Source: Eukaryota sp. GEM-RC1
Lineage: Eukaryota
Direction: 5' to 3'
Assembly (NCBI GenBank): GCA_040285855.1
Contig: JAUFOQ010000003.1
Location: 496,001-560,000, forward strand
Length of the DNA: 64,000 nucleotides
Shown here: piece after piece, positions 34,201-44,267 of the stretch
How positions within the stretch are numbered: the first letter of the stretch is position 1
Layout of the letters: the number at the start of each line of letters is the position of its first letter
The notes under the pieces: model-generated
The model's database searches: none
Seen by the model: the letters and a program-made list of their open reading frames with translations, nothing else
Told to the model about the DNA's origin: nothing
Translations under genes and position numbers: made by a program

Positions 34201-37200
34201 CAATGAACTTTGGGAATCTAAAACTTCAAGAGACACTTCGAGAGCCACTTTGTTATTGAACTCAATCAATAAGTTGTTTCTGATACAATACCTTTTATTT
34301 GATCTTCTCGATGAAAAGAAGCAAAAATTAAGAGAACGATCACCAATGAAGGTTGTGAAACAACGATTAGATAATGTTGTATCAAAGACTAAAGCCAATT
34401 GGATGGAGTCTTGTGCTAAGAGAGCTCATCAGGTCAGAGTTCGTGGTACACATATGTTGAAACATTTTTTCGTTACTAAGTTTCACAACTCTCTAATTTT
34501 CGACAAGGTCAAAGAGATACAACCTCCCACTGTTAAAGAAGAAATTGAAACAGACACTGAAGTTTCAGACACTGAACAAACAGAAATTTTAAGTGAAGAG
34601 TTTGTGCCTCAACAATTAGAAGAAGAAACTGAATTGCCTGTGACTTCAGACCCTGATTTTGGTTTGGATCGTACAATTGAATCCGAAATTTCAGAAGAAG
34701 ACAGCCAAATTTTAGAAGAAGACAGTATTGAAAATGAAACTGGTGAACCTGAACTTGACCTTTTACTAAAATTAAAACTACCAAATTTGAATTACCAGAC
34801 TGGGGAGCTTACTTTAAGAAGGGTCCAATGGGACAACTGTTGGCCATGATGTGGATTCCAAATCACCAATTTTTCAACAGCACTGATCATGTTAAAACTG
34901 TGGAAAACTCTTTAAACAACATCATTTCTAATGCAAAAACAACAACTACAAAGAAGGAGTTCGCCCAACACTTCCTATCAAACTACATCCCTCTGTTAGA
35001 AACTGCTGGTGAAATGGTTGGTAAAGATAGGATCGTGTTTCCAAGTGGATTATATTTGGCTAATCCTCTCGGTTACGTTGCAACCGAAATTATTACTAAT
35101 TATAAGAACAACATGAGCCAACACTTTCATGAGTATGTTTTTCAAGTTTTTAATTTGGTTACTCAAAAGAAAGAGAGAATGGAAGCTATCACCGACAAAA
35201 CTGAACGACAAGAACTCTGTCAAAGGATTAATGAAGTTAGAGAATTGATCATTAATGGTGAAATTTCTAAAATTAATTTTGATGACAAGCAAGTTTTTAC
35301 CAATCCCGAATCTCACTTGAGTATACTCTTCTTCAATTATTTGTTTAATTATTTTGAAGGAAAGATGGAGAAAACGATCTACTATGCTGAAAAGAGTGAT
35401 CCGTTATACTTTTTAAGTCATGCACTGTATTTGAACCGTCTCATTGAAGACTATTGTCCTGGTGTAAGAGCAAACAATCCTTTCCCATTGTCTAAATCTT
35501 TAATTCCAAATCATATCAGGTTCGATACGCAATGGTTTCACGAAATATTTTGTAGGGATCTTCCCTATAACTATAATGAAGTACGGAAACTTATTTGGAA
35601 TTCAGTATTAAAACCTCAGGCTATTCCAGAGTCATTATCCTATGACTTTAAATACACTTCAATTTCGTCAGACGGTTTAAGTTGTAGTTTGTTAATGATT
35701 AGGAAAGATTTACTTGATGAAAATGGAAATGCCCGTGAAAATGTTACAGCAGTTAATCTTGCTTCAAATGAACGATATATTGATTCCTTAAGTGAAGATG
35801 AAATTGAAGAACTGAATTTAAAATCTCAGAGAATTGTTGCTGTTGATCCCAACCAACATGATCTCATGTATTGTGCCAGTTTAAAAACTGATGAGGAAGA
35901 GGCGTGTGAGAAATTTGAAGTTGATGAAACAAAACATTTGATAAAAAATGGAATGACTAATGCTTGTGTTACAGAAATTGATCTTACTTCCAATGAACAA
36001 TATATTGATTCCTCAGTTGAGAAGGATGATTCCTCAAGTGAGAAGGAAATTGAGCCCAAGTCAGTTACCCAAGTTAGAAAAAGAAAGATTGCTCCATTGT
36101 CTTCTAAGAAAAGGGGAAGTTTGAAAAAAATGAAAAAACAATTAAATGATTGGAAGCAAGACACTAACCCACAACCTGTAAAGTGGAAAAATCGTGACAA
36201 ATGGAAGGTGTTCCGATACACTGCTGGGGAGAGAAAGGCAGATATTAACAAATCTAGATGGAAACCAAGAAAAAATCAGCCATCACAGTTCCAAAAAAAT
36301 TGACAAAGAAACAAAAAAGAAAAAAAGCTAAAAAGGAACGAAAGAAAAAAAGAAATTTCAAAAAACTTGAAAGGAAACGTGACAACAGAGGAATTGTCAA
36401 ATTGACCGAAAGCGAACGATTACAGAGGTACTCAACTGAGTTTGAGAAGAGTGTGTGGAATGGTCAAAAGTACTGGATTCCTACAGTTCTGATACTCCAA
36501 GAAGAAAATCATGTAAATTGGAAGAATTTTCAAGGTACATGGTTAACAATGAAGTTTTCTGTGCATTAATGAGATCAACCACAACTGGAAAAGCAACTGC
36601 TGAAGGATTACCTAAAAAGAAAGGACCATCTAAGAATCTATTTAAGAAAGCACTATCTAAGAAACTACCTAAGAAAGGACCAACTCAAAAAATACCTGCT
36701 ACAACAGAAGGCCTTTATGAAGAGAAATTTTTTAGACGTAGACGCCTTACCCAATATTCAAGAAAAGAACGAAGTGAACAAAACTTGGTCCATAGATTAG
36801 CTCTCCAATATGGTGATCCAGATGAAGTCGTTGTTGGTTTTGGGGATTGGAATGACACTCAATTCCGAAGAAGAAGGGGTAAGGCAAGTACAGTAAAAGG
36901 CGCTACTCTTCGAAACTTACTAAGAAAATTTGGATTTAAAGTTTTCTTAGTTGATGAATTCTATGACAAGCAAATGTTGCTCTGCTTGTGCTGCTGAAAA
37001 CCAGGAAGGTATCTGTTCCAATCCTGACTTTGTCAAGGTCATTGATCCTCTGTGGAAGAAGAAGTTACAGAAGGAGGAGAAGAAATTGAAAAAAGAAATT
37101 ATGGAACACAATCAATTAGACAATGTTGTGAAACGTAATTTTGAAGATGAATGGACCAAACAGTTGCCATTCATGAAAGAAAGATTAAAGAGCAAAAAAG

Positions 37201-37595
37201 TCTCACCATGGGGCTTAGTTCAGTGTGCTAAATGTCATGTCCTCTGGAATAGAGACTTCAACTCTGCTATTAACATTTATAACATTGTAAATGGAATTAT
37301 CCAAGGTCAAGGTAGACCTGCTGTCCTCGAGAGACCAAAATCTCAAACAATAACTATCGAGGATGGTGGGATTACAGATCAGGTTCCCAAGAAGAAGAGT
37401 GTGAGTAAGTGTCAGTTTTGTCATATGGAAGGCCATACAACGGCAAAGTGTCCTCAAAGACCTGTGCCTCCTAAAAGTCCTCGTACATGTACGATATGTA
37501 GACAACCAGGACATGATAGAAGAAATTGCCCAAGTAAGGCCCAGAAAGATGTACCCAAAGACTCACAAGTAGAGAATGAAGAACCGGAATCCTGA
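31267..37595 (+). CDS. Putative polyprotein 2 (frameshift-interrupted): 2A, SENP8/Ulp1 protease x2, Ser/Thr/Pro linker, degenerate PolB exonuclease-like domain, Fanzor1, 2 CCHC knuckles
   Basis: Seven overlapping or adjacent + ORFs that can be joined by small indels near 32290, 33085, 34820, 36265, 36455 and 36962. Motifs are listed in the sub-features. The exo-like region and the Fanzor N-terminus share one open frame (33116-34849). Confidence 0.7.
31321..31620 (+). repeat. 114-bp in-frame tandem repeat, about 2.6 copies
   Basis: Unit starts at 31321, 31435 and 31549 and encodes LTQYEAESPAWILSPLSRYMDSFF(SSPVDVMLPPCCLY). Confidence 0.92.
31699..31749 (+). other. 2A/StopGo ribosomal-skipping motif #2
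   Basis: FPKDLTADGDIESNPGP, immediately upstream of the protease domain. Confidence 0.88.
31750..32990 (+). CDS. Tandem SENP8/NEDP1-like (Ulp1 clan) protease domains; first looks active, second has Cys->Ser
   Basis: Domain 1: LNPGQWIDDDAI, FLIAPIND, SGSHW, VIDP, SQTPSDCGIYV. Domain 2: LLVPVNS, GRHW, FIDP, HTLTDSGFCV. Confidence 0.8.
34346..37595 (+). CDS. Fanzor1 (eukaryotic TnpB/OMEGA RNA-guided endonuclease) module
   Basis: Fanzor1-type blocks: KVVKQRLDNVV...RAHQVRVRGTHMLKHF; YVATEIITNYKNNMSQHF; PFPLSKSLIPNHIRFDT; SISSDGLSCSLL. RuvC-I VAVDPN (D 35845); FRYT; YEEKFFRRRRLTQY...VVGFGDW; RuvC-II FLVDEF-(x)TSKCCSAC (E 36956); GLVQCAKC; RuvC-III WNRDFNSAINI (D 37254). Confidence 0.88.
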
Positions 37596-37800
37596 ATCTT
37601 ATAAGTTAGCTCGTCCTAAAAGGCTTGCAAATGAGTGGCACAATGTGTCAAACTGTGGTGATAGTGTATTATGCATTTGAAATGAAATCCACAGTCTAGG
37701 TGGGAAAAGAAAAACAATTTGAATTGGGACCAAGAATTTTGTTATGACAAAATCTACTCATAGTACTAAAACGGACTTGAGATCATCATGATCTCATCGA
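37596..37800 (+). ncRNA. Candidate Fanzor omegaRNA scaffold / element right-end region
   Basis: Directly 3' of the Fanzor stop. Four inverted repeats: 37636-37650, 37652-37658/37689-37695, 37736-37753 and 37778-37796. Position fits known OMEGA systems; boundaries are a guess. Confidence 0.4.
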
Positions 37801-37921
37801 AGAAATACAGTGAATATACAGAATGAAACAGCAGTGTATGATACAAAAATAATACAAGAAAATAAATACCAAAATACAAATCTCAATCCCAGTCGAGATA
37901 TCAAAATAGAAAAATAATAAA

Positions 37922-40532
37922 TTACTCAAAAACCGAATCCGAACCTTCCTTTTCAAAGAAATCAACAGAAAACCGCAACAAAATCCTTAAAACACTAGAC
38001 ACTTCCTTCGAAACTGAACTTTCAGCCAGAATGTTCTTAATCGAATCAATGACAGAATGCACCTCGCCTACTTCAGATTCATAAACAAAAGCTACAAAAG
38101 AAGGAGTGGAGTGTTGGAGAAAGACTTTTTCAGCAGCTAACCTAACAGAAGATTCATTGTCTAACATTGCTATTAATAGAATTTTCAAAACTGATGGGCC
38201 GAAACAGGAAAGTGTTTCGACACATAATTGGCGGACAAAAGGTGATACGTCTCTTAGGGCGCCTTCAATCAAAAGTAATTTACCGTGTGATCCACCTCTA
38301 GTCAAAACATCAACAGCAAGTCGTCGAGATTCTTCAAGACCATCTTTAATCATGATGTAGGCTAGGGGCAAAATCGACTTGGAGAAGAGCCGTACTGGTA
38401 GTCCGAGCTCTGAGTTGATTAAGCAAAAAACGTCATCAGAATCAATTAGAGCTCGTCGCAAACTCAGCAAGACTTTGAAACAGAATAGCTTCAAAGTAGA
38501 ACTAGGAGATTCAGAAAAGGCAGAATAAGTTAAATTAACAAAATTTTCAAATTCCTCACTCACAAATGATTGAGGATTGTTGTGGAAATACTTACACAAA
38601 CATTTAATCAACATTGAAATTACCATAGTGTTAGTGGAAAGTGTCACGCGAGAGACATAAGTTGAGAGTAATTCTACTAAAGAAGCAGCACCACATAGAG
38701 AAAGCATCGCATCACATACAAAGACTTTTGAGCTTTCTCTTGACGATAAAATGGATAGTAATTTTTTAAATAGAATTTCTCTAGTTCTTGGTTGAAATGA
38801 GTCACAGCAGGTTTCGCAACAAAAGACTGCTGCTTTACGTACTTTAAAGAACCGATCACCTAATAACTTGGTCAAAATGATGTCGTGATTGCTATCAGAA
38901 AAGATTGGAATCAATTTGCTGAGTGAATGAGCTAACTGAGTTCGAATTTCAGTTGATTTGTCGTTGACTAGCTTTGAAATTTTGGATGGTGAGGAAAAAT
39001 CATAATTATGATGATTATTATAAATAAATTCAGTAAGTCCAATCAACGCAGCCAATCTAACACGTTCAGCTGTGTTTTCCAGACCAAAAATCAAAATTGA
39101 TTGGATTTCATCAAAATATTCCAAATTACAAATATCTTCCAGACTAAACTGTTGCCATGTTATTGAACAAAGTCTTTTCAATTCAGAAGAAAAAACTGCT
39201 TGGTCAATGGAGATCTCCAATCGCTTGCCGTTGAGTGACTCTTTAAGGAAACTTTCCTCGTCACCTACTTGTAAGAGACAATCAGAATCATCAGTAGGAA
39301 TCAACTTGATTGAAAGAGCTCCCTCTGTTTTCAAAACATTAGTCTTTGCAATCACCAAGTCAAAATCAAAGTGTTTCGATTGTTCTTTCTGACCCGTCAC
39401 GTCACCAAGTGCAAGAGAAATAGCTTCAAATATAGCAACATATGGATACGCCTTATAAACCTCAATTAAATGGGATAGACCACCATCTACATGGCCCAAT
39501 GTTCTGGCAATACAACTCCGTTGAAGTGAGCAATTCTTAGAAAGTAGTAGCTTAGAAAGAGTAGGAATGACTTGAGAGTTGTGGTGGGAGAGTTGTCGAA
39601 GAGCGAACACTGAAAGGAGTTTGGTTTCCATTGAAGTTGATTGACTCGTGATTGGGATCAGGAGTTGTTGATTTAGGAAGGGGATTATGATTGAAGGGCA
39701 ATTGATTGTGCTTGTTAGGATTGCCTGTTCAAATTGAGAAGAATTTAAACTTGAATTCAAATTTAACAAAATGCTGAGTCCAAGTCGTTCAAATAACAAA
39801 AATATTTTCAAAAAATAAGACAAAATAGAAGTTGCCGTGGTTCCAAACAGAAACTGACTAGATTCCAACAGAATCAAAAGACTTCTCAAGAGTCGTTGAG
39901 ATTCTGCTAGACTTTCCAATGGTAGTAACAAAACAATGACGTCATGAAGAGGTGTGAGAAACTCTAAATCATACTCCTCCTGGGGAGTACTACCTAGAGC
40001 AGTTAAGCAATCCGAAAGGGACTCAAGTACCTGGGTTTTAGAGGTCTCCTCGTGGAAGAGGAAGTCTTTTCTACAGAGTTCATGAAGAAGAGGTGGAATG
40101 GAAGAAATGTCCCTAGATGATCGAAGAAGGAGGAGGAGTTGTTGGAGAGATTTAGGAGGGGGAGGGTGATGGGGGATCTTCAGAGGAATCAGTTGAGAAA
40201 CCATCGTTCTCAGGTTGGGTGTGTGTAAGGAAGGATCTAGCAGGGGAGAGACTGATGTTATCTGCTATTTCTAGTGATTTGTAGACATCGTTGAGGATGG
40301 TTTTGTTTGAGCTGTGGTATCTAGAACCTGAGACTTGTTGAGGATCGTCATGAGGCGTATACAGTGATGATGTAACACTATGTGAGATTGATGGAGGCTT
40401 GTGAGGCCTTCTAAGTGGAGAAAAAGGAAGTCGGACAGATGCTAGGTTTTCCAAGGCTATCGGACCATTAGAACCACCAACAAACTCCTCAAACTCATGA
40501 AGAGAAGAGGAAAGATCGTCAAGAACAGACAT
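37922..40532 (-). CDS. HEAT/ARM-repeat protein (probable one-base indel in a C-run near 40155)
   Basis: Repeated motifs such as D...EIR..LA..L, D.FFKVRKAA, RD.SPFVRQ and D.ESSVRLAA. The 126-aa upstream ORF joins the 760-aa ORF if one C is removed. Confidence 0.7.
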
Positions 40533-40606
40533 TGGGACCTAGTCGTTGAGCTTTTAAGAGTTCTACTTCAACATCCACCTAAACTTCCTTTGCTCAAAAT
40601 GCCTTC

Positions 40607-41892
40607 ATGACTACCGAAAACGATACTCCTGTCCTACCGCTTTTCCATATATCTTCTGATCTTGATGAATCTCACATTCTTCACGACAATGTCACTTCAT
40701 GTTACGATGCTTTTGATTGTCTTACCCATGCTATTCATCAACTACAAGCCGAATGCAACAATCGCCAATTCTCCAAAACTCTACACACTGTCCTACGTCA
40801 CATTCAGTCATCTCAATCTTCCCTATCCTCATCACTTCCTTCTATTTTTGACTTGGCTAATACTGGACTACAAGTTCATCGTCTCAAGAACAAACTTGCC
40901 ATTGCTAACTCTCGGGCTAGTTCTGCTGAAACAGAGCTGGCAGTAATTGCAGGGAAAGTGAATACTGCAATTAAGAACAAACATGTTGCAATGGAAAAGG
41001 TCAAAATGTATAGAGAACGATACGTCATTGGAAGGTGGCAGTTATTAATCAAATCATCGATCAATTTATTCGATCAAAGTCGGGTTTCCAGGTCAATCAG
41101 AGACTTAAACAGACAAATACTACAACTCAAAGGTCGTCTTGAATTCCGAATACAACATTCCAAAAACTCCAAAACTACTAAAAAACCTACCACCAGAAAA
41201 TCTAAATCTTTTGGTGTTTCTTCTTCTCTTAGTTGTTACAACGACGGAGACAGTGACAATGAAAAGAGTGTCAAACTGTAAAGTTGAATTCATCCTTGAA
41301 GTTTTCAAAATTGTATTCAATGGATTGTATGAGTTGTATTGAGCTCAAACGTGATGTGGGGATTCAGACGGCTTCAAAGTCACGTGACAGATCGCGTGAT
41401 AAGTTTCCGTCATCAACTTCATCCTCTTTTCCAACAAATTCGATTAAATCTATCAAAAATTCTAAAATCAGTAATCAGACCAAATCTCCTGTCAATGTGT
41501 TGAATTTTAATAATTCTGTTTTAAATTCGTCTCAAGCCCTTCCAAATATCTTTTCATCTTCTCTAAATTCTGTGAACCACACGTCATCAAATTTTTCCAA
41601 TAACTGGGACAGAATTCTATCTCACTTTTTCTGTCGTCACTTCACTCGTAAGCTGATTGTATTCCGAAAGAATCAACTCGTGGCTATCAAACTATACAAG
41701 AGATCTTCTTCAGCTCGTAAATCCTTTGAACAGAAGAAGCAATCTTATTTGGTAGAAGAGAATACGAAATTGAGGGGCGCTTTAGGGTCTTTGTTTCGGT
41801 TGGATAGCACGCAGCATCGGACTTCAATCAAATCTGATTCTGTGATTGCAACGGCAGGGGCAACAACACGATTAAGGAACAAAATCAGTTGA
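40607..41892 (+). CDS. Hypothetical coiled-coil protein (two adjacent ORFs, junction near 41280 unresolved)
   Basis: 224-aa and 202-aa ORFs, heptad-like and Ser/Asn-rich, divergent from the HEAT gene. Confidence 0.45.
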
Positions 41893-42072
41893 GTTCCATA
41901 CCTTTTATTTATTTATTTCTGCATTTCATTGTATTTGTACCTTTTTTGCGACTCATAATCTCATTAAATTGTACTAAAATTTGTCCTCATGTGATTGTGA
42001 CATGCTATATACACAATCTGTATAATATGCTAGAACTAGCAATACAACAAAACAAAAACAATCTACAAAAAA

Positions 42073-42471
42073 CTACCGTTGCGAAGCCTTACGCTTCCGT
42101 ATCCTCTTTCCACAGTCCTTAACCCTCCCATCGAGAGCAATGATCTTGAGTATTGGGACAAAGCTAGGCAGTCCTGTTCCCTTTATGGTGACATCCTTTA
42201 GAACAAATGTCCAGACATCATCTACATGTTTGTATATAGTCTCACTGCCTTCAAATGTTGTGGTTGCTGTCTTTTGCATACTCAATACATTCTGTATAGA
42301 CTGACATGAGACATGTCAGATACAAACCTTATCATACTGAAGATTGATGATGTCGCAAAGATCCTTCGAAAGTAATCCACTGTCATACATTTCATCAACA
42401 ACTTCGCCAAGAAGCATTCCAGGATTCAGTGCTCGAAAGGTGGTGTAGTTGGGGAAGTTACTAGGATTCAT
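42073..42471 (-). CDS. GTF2A2: Transcription initiation factor IIA gamma subunit, 1 intron (42301-42327)
   Basis: Y...R...G..L..VVDEM...G.L...L...I..QYDKS...F.G....YK.VDDVWTFVLKD...LKIIALD. Confidence 0.85.
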
Positions 42472-42517
42472 GTGTTGAAGATTGTGCTTGAAAAGTTTTT
42501 GAGTCGTTCTTCCCAAA

Positions 42518-43015
42518 ATGACTTCAAAGCCAAACGTCCTGAATTCAAAGGCTCTCAAACAGACTCTCGATCAACACATTGTGTCTTATGTTAAATCTAA
42601 TCACAAATATACAGTCATCAACAAACATACGGATCTCATTATCTTCTTCTCTTTCATTGCCGTAGTTGCTGGAGCTATTTCCCGATGGTTCCCTGTTGAC
42701 CCTGCTAAAGACCGTCTCCTTAAAATTGTCTGTCTGCTAGTGTACATCTGTTGTGTTTCCGTTATCAGGATAGTGGTGTATCATCAAGGACGGAATGCCA
42801 TTATCAAGGCAAAAGAACAAGAACCTTTCACTGTAAGCTCGTTTATGAAAAAATACGATAAAATGTACAAACTGGTTATTTCTAACAAGAAAAAAGCCCT
42901 TGAAGACACTTTTTCAGTAGAATCCGTCTTTTTTGAAGACGGTGATTTGGATAAGACCAAAGTTGAAGAACGATTCAAAAAGATGTACAAGCAGTTCAAA
43001 CAAGATAAACAATAA
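42518..43015 (+). CDS. SPCS2: Signal peptidase complex subunit 2 (SPC25)
   Basis: LKQTLD..I, two TM helices, S.MKKYD..Y.L, S.ESVFFEDG.L. Confidence 0.75.
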   Translation: MTSKPNVLNSKALKQTLDQHIVSYVKSNHKYTVINKHTDLIIFFSFIAVVAGAISRWFPVDPAKDRLLKIVCLLVYICCVSVIRIVVYHQGRNAIIKAKEQEPFTVSSFMKKYDKMYKLVISNKKKALEDTFSVESVFFEDGDLDKTKVEERFKKMYKQFKQDKQ

Positions 43016-43023
43016 ACACTTCT

Positions 43024-43653
43024 TCACCGTGATATTTTCAACACAAGCCACAGCAAAAACAACACACCAATAATCAGCACAATCGTAAGAGCAAAATCAT
43101 GTTTCAGACGCTGGGAAGCTGATTGAATAAACTTGCCTCCTCTTTTCGTCAATGCACCCATATCAGTAAGTTTATTAGCTATATTGGTCATCCACTCTCG
43201 TTGTTGAACAAGAGCCATGAGAGAAGAACGACTGGATTCAATGTATTCAGAAGTCATTCGTAACGAGGAGTTTAGAGAATGAGCCTCTTCAGCAGTATCA
43301 ACTAGGATCTTAATGTCTCCAGATGTTTCAACACCTGAAAATAGCTGATTACGACGTTGTTTTTGCTCATGTTGCTCCTTTCTACGTCGAAACTGTAGGT
43401 TTAAAGTGTCATAGCGAGAAACGAGATTCGATGCTTTGTTTCTCCAGTATGTTTGATCAGAAGCAGGTAAGTGTTTTTGAGATGCTTGAAGATCACAAAT
43501 TAAGAGACTGAGTTGTTGGAGTTGCTGTGAGATTTTTGAGAAAGTGTCAGACACATCACCACCAGTACAGATATTATCAGCGCAACACTCTAAAGAAGAT
43601 TCAATTTCACGACATAAAGTATTGGCATTGGCCTGCAACTGCTGCAGATTCAT
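43024..43653 (-). CDS. Golgi Qb-SNARE (membrin/Bos1/GOSR-like)
   Basis: Helical N-terminal domain, RRNQLF, SNARE motif E..SL..S.RM..EYI....SSL..L..QR, and a C-terminal TM anchor. Confidence 0.75.
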   Translation of the reverse strand: MNLQQLQANANTLCREIESSLECCADNICTGGDVSDTFSKISQQLQQLSLLICDLQASQKHLPASDQTYWRNKASNLVSRYDTLNLQFRRRKEQHEQKQRRNQLFSGVETSGDIKILVDTAEEAHSLNSSLRMTSEYIESSRSSLMALVQQREWMTNIANKLTDMGALTKRGGKFIQSASQRLKHDFALTIVLIIGVLFLLWLVLKISR

Positions 43654-43730
43654 TCCACTAAGAGTTGAGTGAAGATTTTCATTGTTTTTCTCTTCCACAG
43701 CACACACAAGGCACTTATTCTCCAACCAAC

Positions 43731-43910
43731 ATGACAGAACATCATGGTAACTTTGTTCAAGAAGTTGTTCCCAAGAGTGGATTAGTCTATTCGGAGAAAA
43801 CTCCGTTCCCTGAAATCCTTTGCAAACCAAAGCTTCTTCCTCTTAAATCTATCACTCTTCAAAAATTAGAAGAGATGGAACGAAATCTGTCGGTTCAAAA
43901 TCAATCATAA
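43731..43910 (+). CDS. BBIP1: BBSome-interacting protein 1 (BBIP10)
   Basis: EVVPKSGLVYSE...ILCKPKLLPLKSITLQKLEEM. Confidence 0.85.
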   Translation: MTEHHGNFVQEVVPKSGLVYSEKTPFPEILCKPKLLPLKSITLQKLEEMERNLSVQNQS

Positions 43911-44267
43911 TGTATCTACTTCTACGTTGTTTTTCTTTACGAATTCAAAGCATCATTTGAACACGGAATCCTGTCAAATTTACTCCAATATCATGTATTA
44001 TTTGTATAAATCATAACTCTTGTCCTTTTTCTATTGGTTGACAGCTATCATTCCAAATGTATTTAATTTAGATGCTGATAAACGTAGGGAGCATTCATTG
44101 CTCCCCTGACATGTAGTTGTAATCGTATTGTATTACTGTCTTTTATCATTACAATTTCGAAAGACTGTTGATGACGTTTATAAGACAAAACTACTGACTT
44201 GGTACTCCAGTAAATAAGTAAGTATATTATTAATTAAATATATATATACAGTTGACAATGAGCAGAG

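Noticed and set aside
15490..37800. Assignment as a Helitron, Polinton/Maverick or giant-virus insertion
   Set aside because: No HUH Rep, pPolB polymerase, integrase, packaging ATPase or capsid motifs seen. The CTAG at 37696-37699 after a stem is suggestive, but no matching 5' TC end or A/T insertion site could be established.
44086..44108. Small hairpin GGGAGCA...TGCTCCC
   Set aside because: Isolated short inverted repeat with no supporting ncRNA features.
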